Shown here in pieces: positions 63,221-64,000 of a stretch of 64,000 nt of DNA; position 1 is the first letter of the stretch, and each line of letters opens with the position of its first letter. The position numbers and the translations under genes were made by a program. The DNA is taken from NCBI GenBank assembly GCA_963514005.1, contig OY740821.1, forward strand, positions 14,198,001-14,262,000, written 5' to 3'. The notes beneath the pieces are model-generated. The model worked only from the letters and a program-made list of their open reading frames with translations. It was not told the origin of the DNA and did not search any database. The DNA is from Raja brachyura (taxonomy: Eukaryota).

Positions 63221-64000
63221 AAAGTTTCAACAGGCAAATATATTTCCCTCAACTAGACAAATCAGAAATGGCAAGAAAATAAATTAATTGTAATATGAAT
63301 ATTCTACACACCGTCTCACCCAGAGAACAAACAGTTTTGAAGTACTTTGTAGATTCTAACTTGGGCATGGAAGCAGATTTTAGAATGGGAAGCGAGCTCG
63401 TAAGTGTGCATATTACCACGTTCTCTGAATAAAACCCAATTCAAACGGTCGCACCTTCCACGTTGAAAAAGTGTTCACAGACAGAATTAAGGTACCCTTC
63501 ATCAAATACACAAAATTGTCCAAACACATTACAGTACTAAAATGAATTTCATATCAGTGGCACCCCACTCAAAATAAAATTGGCAAAAATATTCTTATGG
63601 AGTCAATGCCTCTTAATTATCATGCAATGGGGGAACAAATAGCGATTAGGAAGAGAGGCAAGATTTGTGACAGGTGTAAGACAAGGTAACTTCTGTACAG
63701 CCTTGGGTTAATGGTGGTGCAGCCAACATACAGGTGACTGGATTCAGGATCCATTAAGCAAACAGTTCACTGTTGAGCGCTGGGTAGTGCAGTATAGTTC
63801 ACGCGGCCTCTTTGTGCCTCGGAAGGTTTCCATCCAAGATTATGAGGTGTTCCCTTTCGAGGAAATTAACCAATAAAGTTACTCAGATCTGCCCAGGAGC
63901 CAAGAGCAATGGCAGCTCAGTCAGAGGAATACCAGACTTCACCGATGCTGGAGGTGGCTTGAAATGCAATGCAAGATTAATCTGAAGCATTCCCTCTACC

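Overview
Eukaryotic (vertebrate) genomic DNA. The repeat content (HE1/V-SINE-like SINEs, CR1/HER1-like LINEs, Rex1/Babar, Penelope) points to a cartilaginous fish, probably a skate or ray. All genes are spliced and on the + strand, so the ORF track misses most of them. Exons were assembled by hand using GT-AG phase consistency. The order is: the last two exons of GALNT6, two tandem 8-exon pancreatic elastase-1 (CELA1-like) paralogs, and a complete 9-exon LETMD1, followed by a long non-coding tail. Points of interest: (1) the elastase paralogs differ at S1-pocket residues (A189/V216/T226 vs S189/G216/T226), with many amino-acid changes and patchy gene-conversion-like identity; (2) a dead elastase exon-7 relic lies about 1 kb upstream of each copy; (3) both promoters carry a conserved PTF1 site; (4) two ultra-short palindromic TIR remnants with perfect 8-bp TSDs in the LETMD1 promoter look like P-element-type excision footprints; (5) many Penelope-derived termini carry minimal hammerhead-ribozyme cores; (6) a 1-kb non-autonomous DNA transposon with 7-bp TSDs is present twice. 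Repeat boundaries are approximate unless a TSD is quoted.
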